Notes: generated from the sequence alone by a model not told the origin. Counted from the stretch's first letter, positions 1 through 10,711 are shown. The stretch is 64,000 nt of DNA from Candidatus Tiddalikarchaeum anstoanum (GCA_902385255.1 CABMEV010000010.1:64114-128113); one strand, 5' to 3'. A program made the numbers and translations.

Positions 1-1134
1 TAATAAGTCGTCAAGTATTGTGTTATAATGCATGCATATTAGCGGGAGAGGTATTCGTGCAAAACTGTTCTCGTCAAAAGGTGCAGGCGGGGCTTTTTTA
101 ATCCCATCTATCTGCTCTTCTATCTCGCTAAGCCTGGTTTTCTCATCGCTTAATATTATGTATGCGTTAAAAGGTATTCTTAATATGCTTAATAGTGAAA
201 GTGCAAGATTATTTTCCGCACTGGTTATTCTTTTATTCCACCTAAATAGCTGCGTGTCTGAGAATGATTCGATGCCTAAATCTATCTTTAATAACTTGGC
301 ATACTTTATTATTGATTCCTTGTTTTTCAATACACTGTCAGCCCTCGACAGGAAGTGCGTAGTAATATTTTCTTGTTTGAGGAACCCCATTATTTTAGGG
401 AACCTTGCAGTGTCTGCCAGGAAGTTGTCATCCATGAATACTGCCTGTTTCACTTCCTGATATTTTTGTATTTCTTTAATCCATGATATGACTTTTTCAG
501 CATTCATATATTTCAAGTGAGGATACATTTTTTTAGATTCGCAGAATGAACAGTTCCCGTTGCACCCTCTCGCTGATGAGAGTTCAGCCACTCCGTTTAA
601 ATTGTATTCTTTAAAATCAGGTAATGGCACTGTGTTTAAGTTAAGCGAGCTTTCTCTTGGCATAAAAATAATTTTTCCATCTTCTTTTCTTGCTATTCCT
701 TTAACCCTGGATTCATTGTTGTCTAATATATTGATTGCATATTCAAGAGAGGACTCTTCACCCTCTCCGACGCACACAGCGTTTATTGACTCCTCAGCGA
801 GGAGTTTGTCATAATGCATGCTTGCATGTCCGCCTATTATTATCTTCACATCTGGCAGTTCTTTTTTTATCATCCTGGAACAATAATTTGTTGCATCAAT
901 CTGTGTTGTAAGCGAATTAATTCCGACTATTTTCGGGTTTAATTCCTTGATTTTTTTTATATCTAAGAATTCGTAATTATATCGTTCTAGCCTGTTATCT
1001 GCGTATAATGGCTGCACTATTTGGGATTCAATTTTGTTATGCAAAAAATAAGTGTTTAAGAATTCCAATCCTATACAAGGATGCATGTTTTTCAGGCACC
1101 CGTTATAATTTCTTATTAAGACTATATCCGCCAT
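1..1134 (-). CDS. B12-binding-domain radical SAM protein (3' end runs off the window)
   Basis: Absent from the ORF track; hand translation from ATG 1134 gives MADIVLIRNY...KIVGINSLTT...IIIGGHAS...VCVGEGEE (cobalamin-binding domain), ARGCNGNCSFC (CxxxCxxC), FMDDNF and LGIESFS; open to position 1. Confidence 0.85.
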   Translation of the reverse strand, partial: MADIVLIRNYNGCLKNMHPCIGLEFLNTYFLHNKIESQIVQPLYADNRLERYNYEFLDIKKIKELNPKIVGINSLTTQIDATNYCSRMIKKELPDVKIIIGGHASMHYDKLLAEESINAVCVGEGEESSLEYAINILDNNESRVKGIARKEDGKIIFMPRESSLNLNTVPLPDFKEYNLNGVAELSSARGCNGNCSFCESKKMYPHLKYMNAEKVISWIKEIQKYQEVKQAVFMDDNFLADTARFPKIMGFLKQENITTHFLSRADSVLKNKESIIKYAKLLKIDLGIESFSDTQLFRWNKRITSAENNLALSLLSILRIPFNAYIILSDEKTRLSEIEEQIDGIKKAPPAPFDENSFARIPLPLICMHYNTILDDLL

Positions 1135-1178
1135 TCTTGGTTTTTTGTTAAAAAAATTCTAATTTTAAATGTTTTCTT

Positions 1179-3698
1179 TTATGCGGACTCGCTTATTGAG
1201 TACTTCTTATAGAACCATTTTTTCATGAGTTCTACAAGTATTATGTATGTTATTACAAATATCACAAGTATGCCCATGAATGATAATGGAGGCGTTACGA
1301 ATCCAAACAATGAACCAATGAACGTGAAAGGTATTAATATTGCCATACTCACCATGATGAGATTATTTAGTATAAGGGACCTGCTTGGTTTGCTTTTGAA
1401 AAAAGGCACTTTGCTTGTCCTGATTGAGAATATTATTATTGTCTGGGTGCAGAACGATTCTATAAACCACGCTGTTTGAAAGAGAGCTGCAGGGGCTTTG
1501 AAGAAGTACAGCATGACGAAGAATGTCAAGAAGTCATATATTGAACTGATTGGTCCAATATAAAACATGAAATCCCTGATGAACTTGGAGTCCAATTTTT
1601 TAGGTTTCGTAATATATTCCTTGTCAACGTTGTCGGAGGGAATAGCTATCTGTGACACATCGTACATTAAGTTGTTCAATAATATCTGTATGGGCAGCAT
1701 TGGCAGGAAAGGCAGGAATAGTGATGCCACTGCGGCGCTGAACATGTTTCCGAAATTGGAGCTTAACCCCATCATTATATATTTCATGGTGTTTCCGAAC
1801 GTTTTTCTGCCCTCTAACACTCCGTCATATAACACTGCCAGGTCCTGCTTCAGAAGTATTATATCAGCAGTCTCTTTTGCTATATCAACGGCGTTGTTAA
1901 CTGATATTCCGACATCTGATGCTTTCATCGAGGGTGCATCGTTTATCCCGTCGCCCATGAATCCTACAACATGATTGTTGGATTTTAATGCGCTGATAAT
2001 CCTCGTCTTCTCTATTGGTGATACTCTTGTAAAAATATTCGCATTTTCAGCCGCGTTTTTTAACGCTTCATCACTCATTGTTTTTATTTCATTCCCGGAA
2101 AGCATATCCTTTATTTTGAACCCTAATTCTGTGCATATCATTCTAGTTACTAGCTCGTTGTCCCCTGTTAGTATCTTTAGTTCGACCCCTGAATTTTGCA
2201 ATTGTTTTATGGAATTCTTTGCACTCTCCTTAGGGGGGTCCATGAAGGCGACGAATCCTACGAACACCATGTCTTTTTCATCATTTACTGAATAACTCTT
2301 TTCCTTGCTGATTTCTTTGTAGGATACTCCTAAAACCCTGAATCCTTTGAGGCTCAAGTACTGGTATATCTTGTCTACTTTATCTTTCGCCTCTTTATTG
2401 AATGGTTTTATTTTTTCATTATTTTCATACTCTTTGCATATGCTTATCACTTCTTCAGGCGCACCTTTTGTTGCTATGAATCTTCTTCCATCTTCAGCAA
2501 CAACTGACACTCTTTTTCTTTTGAAATCAAAAGGTATCTCATCTATTTTTTTGTAATCATCAATGTTTATCTGCTTGTGCTCTATAATTGCTTCATCCAG
2601 TGCGCTTTTCAGCCCCGTCTGGAAATGGCTGTTAATATAGGAGTAGAATAATACTTTGTTATCCTCGTCGCCGTTCGTGTTCACATGCCTGACTAGGGTG
2701 ACCCTGTTCTCAGTTAATGTTCCTGTCTTGTCAGTGCATAATACGTCCATGCTGCCGAAATTTTGTATTGCTGCGAGGCGCTTTACTATAACATCCTTGT
2801 TTTTCATGTTTAATGCACCTTTCGACAAGTTGATTGAGGTTATCATAGGAAGCAGTTCTGGTGTTAATCCGACTGCGAGGGTTATTGCAAATAGCACCGA
2901 GTCTATAAAATCCCTTTTTAGAAGCGTGTTGACTATTACTGTAAATAATACGAGGAAGAATGTGACTTGTGTTATTAAATAGCTGAATCTTTTTAGTCCG
3001 CCTTCAAATTCTGTTTCGGGCCTGAGTGATACGCTTTTTATTATCTCCCCATACTCTGTCTGTTTTCCTGTTTTTACAACAACTACTGCAGCTTCCCCTG
3101 TCGTGACGAAAGTTCCCATGAAGAGATAATTTTTCCATTCTTCGCTTTTTGTGATTTCCGCGCTTTTATCCACTGGGAATGCTTCTCCTGTCAGCGCCGA
3201 CTGGTCCACTGCTAAGTCTTTGCTTTCTATTATCCTGCAGTCTGCAGGTATGATATCTCCCGCGCTCAAATATACTATATCACCAGGCACTATCTCTGAT
3301 ATTTTTATTTCAGTCTTTAGCCCGTTCCTTAATGCTAGCGTTGTTGTCCTTATTCTTTCTTCAAGTTTCTCTGCAGTTTTCTCAGCCCTGAATTCCTGAT
3401 AAGAGTCTAATATTACGCTAAAAAGTATTATTATGAATATTACTACCGAGTTGAACAATTCTTTTAATATTATTGATATTACGCTGACTATTACAAGTAT
3501 CATCACTAATGGGTTTGCAAAATGAGAGAATAAGTCTCCTATTGCCGTCTTTTTCTTTTTAACTATCTCATTGTATCCGTACTTCTTTACCCTCTCTTCA
3601 ACGTCGCTTATTGTGAGCCCGGACTTTGATGTTTCTAATTTTTTTAGAACTTCGCTGATAGGTAAGTGCACGATTTCTTCGGGTTTTAATTCAGCCAT
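1179..3698 (-). CDS. mgtA: Mg2+-translocating P-type ATPase (MgtA family)
   Basis: DKTGT phosphorylation site, PELLPMI, TGDN, GDGINDAP, SSNFGNMFS and LFQTAWFIES motifs typical of P3B ATPases. Confidence 0.92.
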   Translation of the reverse strand: MAELKPEEIVHLPISEVLKKLETSKSGLTISDVEERVKKYGYNEIVKKKKTAIGDLFSHFANPLVMILVIVSVISIILKELFNSVVIFIIILFSVILDSYQEFRAEKTAEKLEERIRTTTLALRNGLKTEIKISEIVPGDIVYLSAGDIIPADCRIIESKDLAVDQSALTGEAFPVDKSAEITKSEEWKNYLFMGTFVTTGEAAVVVVKTGKQTEYGEIIKSVSLRPETEFEGGLKRFSYLITQVTFFLVLFTVIVNTLLKRDFIDSVLFAITLAVGLTPELLPMITSINLSKGALNMKNKDVIVKRLAAIQNFGSMDVLCTDKTGTLTENRVTLVRHVNTNGDEDNKVLFYSYINSHFQTGLKSALDEAIIEHKQINIDDYKKIDEIPFDFKRKRVSVVAEDGRRFIATKGAPEEVISICKEYENNEKIKPFNKEAKDKVDKIYQYLSLKGFRVLGVSYKEISKEKSYSVNDEKDMVFVGFVAFMDPPKESAKNSIKQLQNSGVELKILTGDNELVTRMICTELGFKIKDMLSGNEIKTMSDEALKNAAENANIFTRVSPIEKTRIISALKSNNHVVGFMGDGINDAPSMKASDVGISVNNAVDIAKETADIILLKQDLAVLYDGVLEGRKTFGNTMKYIMMGLSSNFGNMFSAAVASLFLPFLPMLPIQILLNNLMYDVSQIAIPSDNVDKEYITKPKKLDSKFIRDFMFYIGPISSIYDFLTFFVMLYFFKAPAALFQTAWFIESFCTQTIIIFSIRTSKVPFFKSKPSRSLILNNLIMVSMAILIPFTFIGSLFGFVTPPLSFMGILVIFVITYIILVELMKKWFYKKYSISESA

Positions 3699-3723
3699 TC
3701 TGAAATTATTTATATTCGGGAAC

Positions 3724-3731
3724 TTTAAATA
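3724..3731 (+). promoter_or_regulatory. Archaeal TATA box (TTTAAATA) for a probably leaderless two-component transcript
   Basis: TTTAAATA preceded by purine-rich GGGAAC and ending about 25 nt before ATG 3756, in the divergent mgtA/receiver gap. Confidence 0.55.
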
Positions 3732-3755
3732 TTTGTAGTAATTAATCTTTTTATT

Positions 3756-4118
3756 ATGGTTTCTTCAAAGAAGCTTGTTTTAGTTGTTGATGATAATGAA
3801 GATATTCGTTTTCTTGTTAAGACCTGGCTTACAAATGCTGGATTTTCCGTTGTCACCGCTGTTGATGGTGATGATTTAATAAAAAAGTTAGACAAGAATA
3901 TTGATTTGGTGTTGACTGATTTTCACATGCCGGGCCCCGACCCGAAAATAGTACTTGACTCTATTAAGAAGAAAAGTCCAAAGGCAAAAATTATCTATCT
4001 TACGGGCTCCGTTCCTGATGTTATGATTAAAAGTCCAGTTGTTGGTTTTATTTCAAAGCCTGTGGAGGAAGAGGTCTTGATTAAGAAATTAAAAGAATTA
4101 TTCCTTAAAAATAAATAA
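3756..4118 (+). CDS. Stand-alone response regulator receiver domain
   Basis: VVDD acidic pocket, LTDFHMPG phospho-Asp, YLTG, SKP; no output domain. Confidence 0.92.
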   Translation: MVSSKKLVLVVDDNEDIRFLVKTWLTNAGFSVVTAVDGDDLIKKLDKNIDLVLTDFHMPGPDPKIVLDSIKKKSPKAKIIYLTGSVPDVMIKSPVVGFISKPVEEEVLIKKLKELFLKNK

Positions 4119-4153
4119 TTATTAAAGCTTTGACTGCCTTAACTTGAGGTTTA

Positions 4154-7100
4154 ATGGCTGGATACGATGATTTTACTAGTGAGAAATATTTTAGACTCTT
4201 GTTCGACAAGATGAGTGATGCGGCATTTCTCGCGGATGTCGAGTCCGGACTTTTATTTGATGCTAATTTGTCAGCAGTTAAATTAACAGGCAGAGCGAGA
4301 AGTGAGCTAGTTGGCAAGCATCAGTCTATTCTCCATACTGATAAGAATGAAGGTAAACGGATTTTCAGGGCAGCGATGCTTGAAGGTGCGCCTCACGAGT
4401 TTGAAAGCAGTGTAATCACAAAAAAAGGAAATATAGTTCCTGTTTTAATCACAGTCACTATTATCAAGCTTGATGGCAGAACTTTTGCCTTGGGAATTTT
4501 CAAAGATATCACTGAAATTAAACACGTCGAGACAGAATTATTGAAAGAGAGGGAATGGTCAAACTCGATTATCCACTCAGCTCCAAATATTATTATAGGA
4601 CTTGGCAAGAATTCTAAAATATTAATATTTAATGAGTTTGCAGAAAAACTTACTGGTTATAAGGCTAAAGAAGTCATTGGCAGTAACTGGATTGATATAT
4701 TCATATCTAAAGACAAGCGCAGGGAGATGTATAAATTATGGGAAAACATTGTTGACAAAAAATTGGTCGGGCATCATTATACTAATCCAATAATCCTGAA
4801 GGACAAATCGGAGCGTTTAATTTCATGGAACAACACCTGCTTAACTGAACATGATAAATTTAAGATGGTGCTTTCAATTGGTGAGGACGTTACCGAACGG
4901 GAGAAATTACTAATCCAGTTAAGACAGAGCGAGTATAAGTATCGCAAGATTTTCGATAATTCTCCTGAGATTATCATCCTGCTGGATAATTTCGGCAAAG
5001 TTCTCGATATTAATTATAGTGTCTTTAACGCTATTGGCTATAAACCCAGTGAGGTTATAGGTAAGTTATTCTTCAAGCTGCCTTTTATACCCAAAAAATC
5101 TATGGTAGCAATGAGAGAGAATTTTATCAAACGTGTTAAAGGCGAAGATGTCGGCTCTTATACTGCAGATTTCATAGCGAAAAACGGGCTTACGCATTAT
5201 GGCCAGGTAAATGGCTCCGTAGTCAAGGATGATAATGGAAGAATTATTCGGTCATTAATAACCATACGCGACATTACTGAGATTAAGAATGCTGAGACTG
5301 AATTGGTGGAGAGCGAGCAGAAGCTTTACAGCATTATTAACGGCTCGCTGACGCCCACGTTTGTCATAGGGACTAACCATAAAATATTATACTGGAATTC
5401 AGCTTTGGAAAAATTGAGCGGTCTTACTGCAAGGAAGATGATTGGCACAAATAATCAATGGGTGGTTTTTTACAATAAGAAGAGGCCTGTAATGTCGGAT
5501 TTATTGGTTAATGGAGATTTCAAGGCAGTTCATTCCTGGTATGCTAATAAAGTATCTAAGTCCAGCTTGTTAGCGAATGCGTACGAAGCCATTGATTTCT
5601 TCCCGAAATTAAAAAAGTGGCTGCGATTCGGTGCAGTCCCAATCAAGGACAGCAAAGGCAAACTAATTGGAGCTATTGAAACGTTAGAAGATATTACTGC
5701 AAAAAAGAAATTTGAGGAATTATTGATTAACAGTGAGTCTCGTTTCAAAGCTTTGTTTAATAACATGAAGAGCGGGGTTTCAGTTTATGAGGCAGTTAAT
5801 AATGGTAATGATTTCATTTTTAAGGATTTCAACAAGGCTGCCGAGCGTATCGATAAAATAAGCAAGGCGTCAGTTATTGGGAGGAGTATCTTGAAAGTTT
5901 TCCCTGGAGTTCGCAAGTTTGGATTGTTTGATATCTTTAAACAAGTATACAGGACAGGCGTTCCTAAACATCACCCTATATCATTGTATAAAGATAAAAG
6001 ATTGAACAGTTGGCGTGAGAATTATGTTTACAAGCTTCCTACTGGCGAGATTGTTGCTGTTTTTGATGATGTCACTGAGCAAAAAAAAGCAAATATCGCT
6101 TTAACTTTTAGTGAGGTTCGTTACAGGCGTTTGTTCGAGGCGGCGCGTGACGGAATATTTATACTGGATTATGAAACAGGGAAGATTGTTGACGTAAACC
6201 CTTACATGACCGAGATGCTAGGCTTCACCCACAATGAACTCATTGGCGAGAAGCTTTGGGATCTTGGCTATTTTAAGGATATTATCGCCAGCCGAGCTGC
6301 ATTCAAGATACTGCAGAAGAAAGGTTATATCCATTACGAGAACCTGCCTCTTAAAACTAAGAAAGGTATTATCTTTACTGTCGAATTTGTAAGCAATGTT
6401 TATGATGTTGGCGGCAGAAAAGTTATCCAGTGCAATATTAGGGATATTACTGGCCGTAAAAAGGCTGAAGAGAAGATAGTAAGCCTTGCCAGGTTCCCTA
6501 ATGAGAATCCAAATCCTGTAATGAGGTTTTCAAAGACAGACCTTTTATTTGCCAATAAGCCAGGTCTTGACTTTTTTAAAAAATATGTTGCTTTTTGCAA
6601 AAACCGCAAAGATACCCTTAGAAATCTGATAATTGAATCTTTAAAAAATAATATTAGAAAAGATGCAGAGATTAATCTCGGGGAGAATTATTATTTATTA
6701 TTTTTCATCCCGTTCGTTAATGAAAATTATGTTAATGTATATGCTATTAATATTACAACGCGCAGAAAGGCAGAGGGATTACTGCAGGACAGCGAATCCC
6801 GTTTTAGGGAATTATTCAGCAGTATGGGCAATGGTGTTGCAGTTTACGAAGCGGTTAATGACGGCGCAGATTTCATTTTTAAGGATTTGAACAAGGCAGG
6901 GGAAAGGATTAGCAAGATTAGGAGAAGTAAAGCAGTTGGGCAAAGGCTGACTAAACTATTCCCAAGCATTAAGAAATCAGGGCTGCTGGAAATGTTCACG
7001 CGCGTTTTCAAGACAGGGAAATCTGAAAGAATTCCAGCTGTACTTTATAATGACAAAAATTTAAACCAATGGGTTGATAATTATGTGTATAAACTACCAA

Positions 7101-9550
7101 CAGGAGAATTAATCGTTGTTTATGATGATATTACTGTTCGCAAGAAAATTGAAGATGAATTAAAGGATAGCGAGGAGAAATTCAGAACTCTCATTGAGAA
7201 TGCTTCTGACCAGATTTTTATTATTGATAATAAGTACAGATTTGTATCTGCAAATAAAGTTGTTCTGACACTGTTTAGAAAAACTCCAAACGAAGTAATA
7301 GGAAAACATATTTCTGAAATTTTTCCAAAAGAGATTGCCGCTAAGAATTTAGAGAATCTGAAACATATATTCAAAACAGGCAAAGGAATATTTATTGAAG
7401 AAAAATTGAATATTGGAGGGCATGAATTCTGGGCAAGTTCAAGTCTTAATCCTGTGAAAAATGACGCCGGGCAGGTAACAGCGGTGCAAGGTATTGTTAG
7501 GGATATTACTGAATTGAAAAAAGCTGAAGAAGCTGATAGAGTTAATTTTGAAAACAACAAAGTCCTCTCGGAATCAGCCATTCATCTTATTGAGATATCA
7601 AATGAGGATGACTTGCTTGATTACGTAACAAACCAGGTAAAGATACTGGCAGGAGATGTTGTTGTAGTAACAACCAGTGTTGACATAGAGAACGGCATTG
7701 CTCACATTAAGTCGGTTAAAGGTGTGGATAATTTAGAAAAAATTGCCAAATTATTTAATAAAAATTCTAAAAATATGTATTTTGAATCTCCAAAAAACTC
7801 TAATTTGGAATACAGGACGCCCTCCCTGCAGGAGTTCAAAGGAGGTATTTATGAACTTGCATTAAGGAGAATACCTAAACAAATATGTGATTTGATAAAT
7901 AATTGGCTGAATATAGACAAGATTTACTTGATGGCTTTTATGGTTAAAAAAGAGTTCTTAGGTGATATAATCATAATCACCAGGAGAGGTTCGGAACTGA
8001 AGAATAAAGAAGTAATAACTGCATTAGTCAATCAGTCATCAATTGCGCTGCAGAAAAAAATACTTGAGGAAGATATGAAAAAGAGCGAAGATAAGTATCG
8101 TAACCTAACTGAAAACATAAATGATATTATCTACTCCATGGATGATAAAGGTGTAATCACTTATATAAGCCCCAAGGTTGCATCGTACGGAATTAATCCT
8201 ATGCAGTTAATAGGTAAAAATTTTTCACATATCATATATCGTGATGATTTGCATAATATTTCGAATGATGTAACTACAACACTCAAGACAGGCAAAGAAT
8301 TCATATCTATTTTCAGGGTCCAAAATGATAAAGGGGAATTATTCTGGTTTGAAGACAAAGGAAAAGCTAGAACTGATGATTCAGGCAAGGTAGTTGGCAT
8401 ACTTGGGATAATAAGAGATATTACAGAACGAAGGAAAGCAGAGGAGAATTTGAGAAATTCTGAGGAGGAGTTTAGGACCATATTTGACAGTTCAACGGAT
8501 GGTATTATAGTTGTTGACTTAAATGGTAAAATATTAAAAATTAATAAAAAAATCTTGGAACTAACTGGATATGATGAATCTGACTTTATAGGGAAACTTT
8601 TTACAAGTTTATCTATGATTTCAATAAATGATTTGCCAAATCTTTCAGTCACATTCGCTGGCTATATGTCTAGTTTTACAAAATTAAATGAATTAGCTGA
8701 ATTTGAAATTAATACTCGAAAGGGGGAAAAATTAATCATAGAACTGAAAGCTTCACCATTTATCAAGAATGGCAGGAAAACAGGCATAATTTTAATAATT
8801 AGAGACATTACTGAGCGCAACAAGCTTGGAAAATTAGAATCCGACGCTAAAGTTAATGAAGAATTGAATAAGATGAGAAATGATTTCCTTATGATGATAA
8901 CCCACGAATTGAAGCAGCCATTAACCCCTATAATAGGTTATGCAGGGCTTCTAAAGAATGAAGAATTATCGCGCGTCTCCAGGGATTATGTTGATAAGAT
9001 TATTTCAAGCTCGTACAAAATGAAGGACTTGGTTAACAGCATCCTTACACTGATAAAATTAGAAGCTGGAACACTGGAATTCCACTTCGAAAAATATGAC
9101 TTATCACAAATTATTGTTGACTCATTAGCTGAGAAGACTTCGCTGATTTCATTGAAAAGAATAATTATCTCCAAAGAACTGGATAAAGTCGATGCGGTTT
9201 GCGACTATGAAAGGATTAAGGATACAGTAAATAATCTGATTGAAAACGCTGTAAAATTCTCAAAACCAAATTCTGAAATATATTTAAGATTATGGAAAGA
9301 CAATAATAATGCTTATATAATAGTAAAAGACCACGGTGTAGGAATAAGGAAAGATGATATCCCTAAATTGTTTACTAAATTCTACCAGACTGAAGAAGGT
9401 AGAAAAGAAGGAGGAACAGGGATTGGTCTGGCAATAGTAAAAATGATAATAGACAAACACCATGGTAATGTAAGAGTAAGTAGTGAATATGGCAAAGGTT
9501 CAGAGTTCATAATCTCCCTGCCTTTGAAAGGTGCTGACTATGGCAAGTAA
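4154..9550 (+). CDS. Cytoplasmic multi-PAS sensor histidine kinase (about 11 PAS, one GAF-like segment, HisKA, HATPase_c)
   Basis: Repeated PAS/PAC units ending in D(I/V)T; H-box THELKQPLTPIIG; N-box NNLIENAVKFS; DHGVGI, LFTKF and GGTGIGL; no obvious TM helix. Confidence 0.95.
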   Translation: MAGYDDFTSEKYFRLLFDKMSDAAFLADVESGLLFDANLSAVKLTGRARSELVGKHQSILHTDKNEGKRIFRAAMLEGAPHEFESSVITKKGNIVPVLITVTIIKLDGRTFALGIFKDITEIKHVETELLKEREWSNSIIHSAPNIIIGLGKNSKILIFNEFAEKLTGYKAKEVIGSNWIDIFISKDKRREMYKLWENIVDKKLVGHHYTNPIILKDKSERLISWNNTCLTEHDKFKMVLSIGEDVTEREKLLIQLRQSEYKYRKIFDNSPEIIILLDNFGKVLDINYSVFNAIGYKPSEVIGKLFFKLPFIPKKSMVAMRENFIKRVKGEDVGSYTADFIAKNGLTHYGQVNGSVVKDDNGRIIRSLITIRDITEIKNAETELVESEQKLYSIINGSLTPTFVIGTNHKILYWNSALEKLSGLTARKMIGTNNQWVVFYNKKRPVMSDLLVNGDFKAVHSWYANKVSKSSLLANAYEAIDFFPKLKKWLRFGAVPIKDSKGKLIGAIETLEDITAKKKFEELLINSESRFKALFNNMKSGVSVYEAVNNGNDFIFKDFNKAAERIDKISKASVIGRSILKVFPGVRKFGLFDIFKQVYRTGVPKHHPISLYKDKRLNSWRENYVYKLPTGEIVAVFDDVTEQKKANIALTFSEVRYRRLFEAARDGIFILDYETGKIVDVNPYMTEMLGFTHNELIGEKLWDLGYFKDIIASRAAFKILQKKGYIHYENLPLKTKKGIIFTVEFVSNVYDVGGRKVIQCNIRDITGRKKAEEKIVSLARFPNENPNPVMRFSKTDLLFANKPGLDFFKKYVAFCKNRKDTLRNLIIESLKNNIRKDAEINLGENYYLLFFIPFVNENYVNVYAINITTRRKAEGLLQDSESRFRELFSSMGNGVAVYEAVNDGADFIFKDLNKAGERISKIRRSKAVGQRLTKLFPSIKKSGLLEMFTRVFKTGKSERIPAVLYNDKNLNQWVDNYVYKLPTGELIVVYDDITVRKKIEDELKDSEEKFRTLIENASDQIFIIDNKYRFVSANKVVLTLFRKTPNEVIGKHISEIFPKEIAAKNLENLKHIFKTGKGIFIEEKLNIGGHEFWASSSLNPVKNDAGQVTAVQGIVRDITELKKAEEADRVNFENNKVLSESAIHLIEISNEDDLLDYVTNQVKILAGDVVVVTTSVDIENGIAHIKSVKGVDNLEKIAKLFNKNSKNMYFESPKNSNLEYRTPSLQEFKGGIYELALRRIPKQICDLINNWLNIDKIYLMAFMVKKEFLGDIIIITRRGSELKNKEVITALVNQSSIALQKKILEEDMKKSEDKYRNLTENINDIIYSMDDKGVITYISPKVASYGINPMQLIGKNFSHIIYRDDLHNISNDVTTTLKTGKEFISIFRVQNDKGELFWFEDKGKARTDDSGKVVGILGIIRDITERRKAEENLRNSEEEFRTIFDSSTDGIIVVDLNGKILKINKKILELTGYDESDFIGKLFTSLSMISINDLPNLSVTFAGYMSSFTKLNELAEFEINTRKGEKLIIELKASPFIKNGRKTGIILIIRDITERNKLGKLESDAKVNEELNKMRNDFLMMITHELKQPLTPIIGYAGLLKNEELSRVSRDYVDKIISSSYKMKDLVNSILTLIKLEAGTLEFHFEKYDLSQIIVDSLAEKTSLISLKRIIISKELDKVDAVCDYERIKDTVNNLIENAVKFSKPNSEIYLRLWKDNNNAYIIVKDHGVGIRKDDIPKLFTKFYQTEEGRKEGGTGIGLAIVKMIIDKHHGNVRVSSEYGKGSEFIISLPLKGADYGK

Positions 9551-9914
9551 TGAAATAATACATATAGATGATGATGAAGCTATAAGGGATTTGGTTGTTG
9601 CAGTATTAAAAACCGCGAATATTGAAATACTCAGTTTTCCCGATGCTGAAACTGCGCTCCAAAAAATAAAGAGCGGAGATGTGCGGTTGATAATCCTTGA
9701 CATGAAACTGCATAACAAGTTTGAAGGCGAAGACGTGTTAAAATGGCTTTCCGGCGTTAAAAGCAGGATTAAAGTCATAATTTTGACGGCAAACCCTTCT
9801 GAGATTAGCAGTAAATTAAAATCCGAATATTCTTCATTAGTAAGTGAATGTGTTATGAAGCCTTTTGAGCCTAAACTTTTGATTAATGCGGTTAAAAAAG
9901 CAATTGGCAAATAA
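9540..9914 (+). CDS. Stand-alone response regulator receiver domain
   Basis: IDDD, IILDMKL, ILTAN, MKPF; ATG 9540 preceded by AAGGTG preferred over the track's GTG 9531; overlaps the kinase 3' end. Confidence 0.9.
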   Translation: MASNEIIHIDDDEAIRDLVVAVLKTANIEILSFPDAETALQKIKSGDVRLIILDMKLHNKFEGEDVLKWLSGVKSRIKVIILTANPSEISSKLKSEYSSLVSECVMKPFEPKLLINAVKKAIGK

Positions 9915-9986
9915 TAACTTGATGGAAAATACTGCTATAATCAATAATAAAGTATTAAAAACGTTATATACTAATTCATAATATAA

Positions 9987-10661
9987 ATGGCTGATTTAAT
10001 ATCTCTCATCTTCAATATTTCATGGATATTGTTAAGTGCGATAACATCAGTTTTTTCTTTCATACTCGCCAAAAAGTTTTGGAAAACAAAACAGAGAATA
10101 TGCTTCCTGCTAATAGCAGTTTCAATGCTTCTTGACTTAATTGCCAATTTTTTCTGGGCTGGAAATTTCATCGTTTACGGAAGCGAGGACTTAATACCTT
10201 ACCCCACATTCATGGATATATTATGGTTTACTTATTATACCCTGTTAGGTTTTGGAGTGTTGACTTACTGGGTTAGCATATACAGGGAAATTTATGAAAA
10301 CATCCCTGTTTTTTGGATTATGATGATTATAGCATTATCTGTTGCATCATGCTTTTTTGCGCCAGTGTTTTTCGGACCCAGTGCAGACATGATTACACAA
10401 ATAGCTGATTCTTTATACATAGGTCTTCCTTTGTTTTCATCACTTAACTGCATACCTCTCCTTCTTTTTTTTAAAGAAGGCAGGTTGTCAAAACCATGGT
10501 TGTATATGGGAATTGCCTTAACCATTAACTTAGCAGCTGAAATTGTCTGGATTATTGAATCTGTTAATGATTTTGGTTCAATTTCTTCAAATATTTTGTA
10601 CGCATTAGGTTATATTTTTATGATAACCTCTTATTGGAAACTTAATAAACTTAATATTTGA
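9987..10661 (+). CDS. Polytopic membrane protein (about 7 TM) resembling membrane sensor modules
   Basis: Hydrophobic helices; PYPTFMDILW resembles the PxPsxaD motif of membrane sensor regions; lies within the two-component cluster. Confidence 0.65.
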   Translation: MADLISLIFNISWILLSAITSVFSFILAKKFWKTKQRICFLLIAVSMLLDLIANFFWAGNFIVYGSEDLIPYPTFMDILWFTYYTLLGFGVLTYWVSIYREIYENIPVFWIMMIIALSVASCFFAPVFFGPSADMITQIADSLYIGLPLFSSLNCIPLLLFFKEGRLSKPWLYMGIALTINLAAEIVWIIESVNDFGSISSNILYALGYIFMITSYWKLNKLNI

Positions 10662-10711
10662 ACGCTTTTTGATTACAAATAATTAAAAACTAATGCTTTG
10701 TTATAATCTGT

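Noticed and set aside
32-814. Plus-strand ORFs 32-460 and 560-814 in the track
   Set aside because: They are antisense shadows of the minus-strand radical SAM gene at 1-1134, which has clear motifs
3699-3755. Mg2+ riboswitch or leader peptide upstream of mgtA
   Set aside because: The 57-bp AT-rich gap is too short and shows no structured leader
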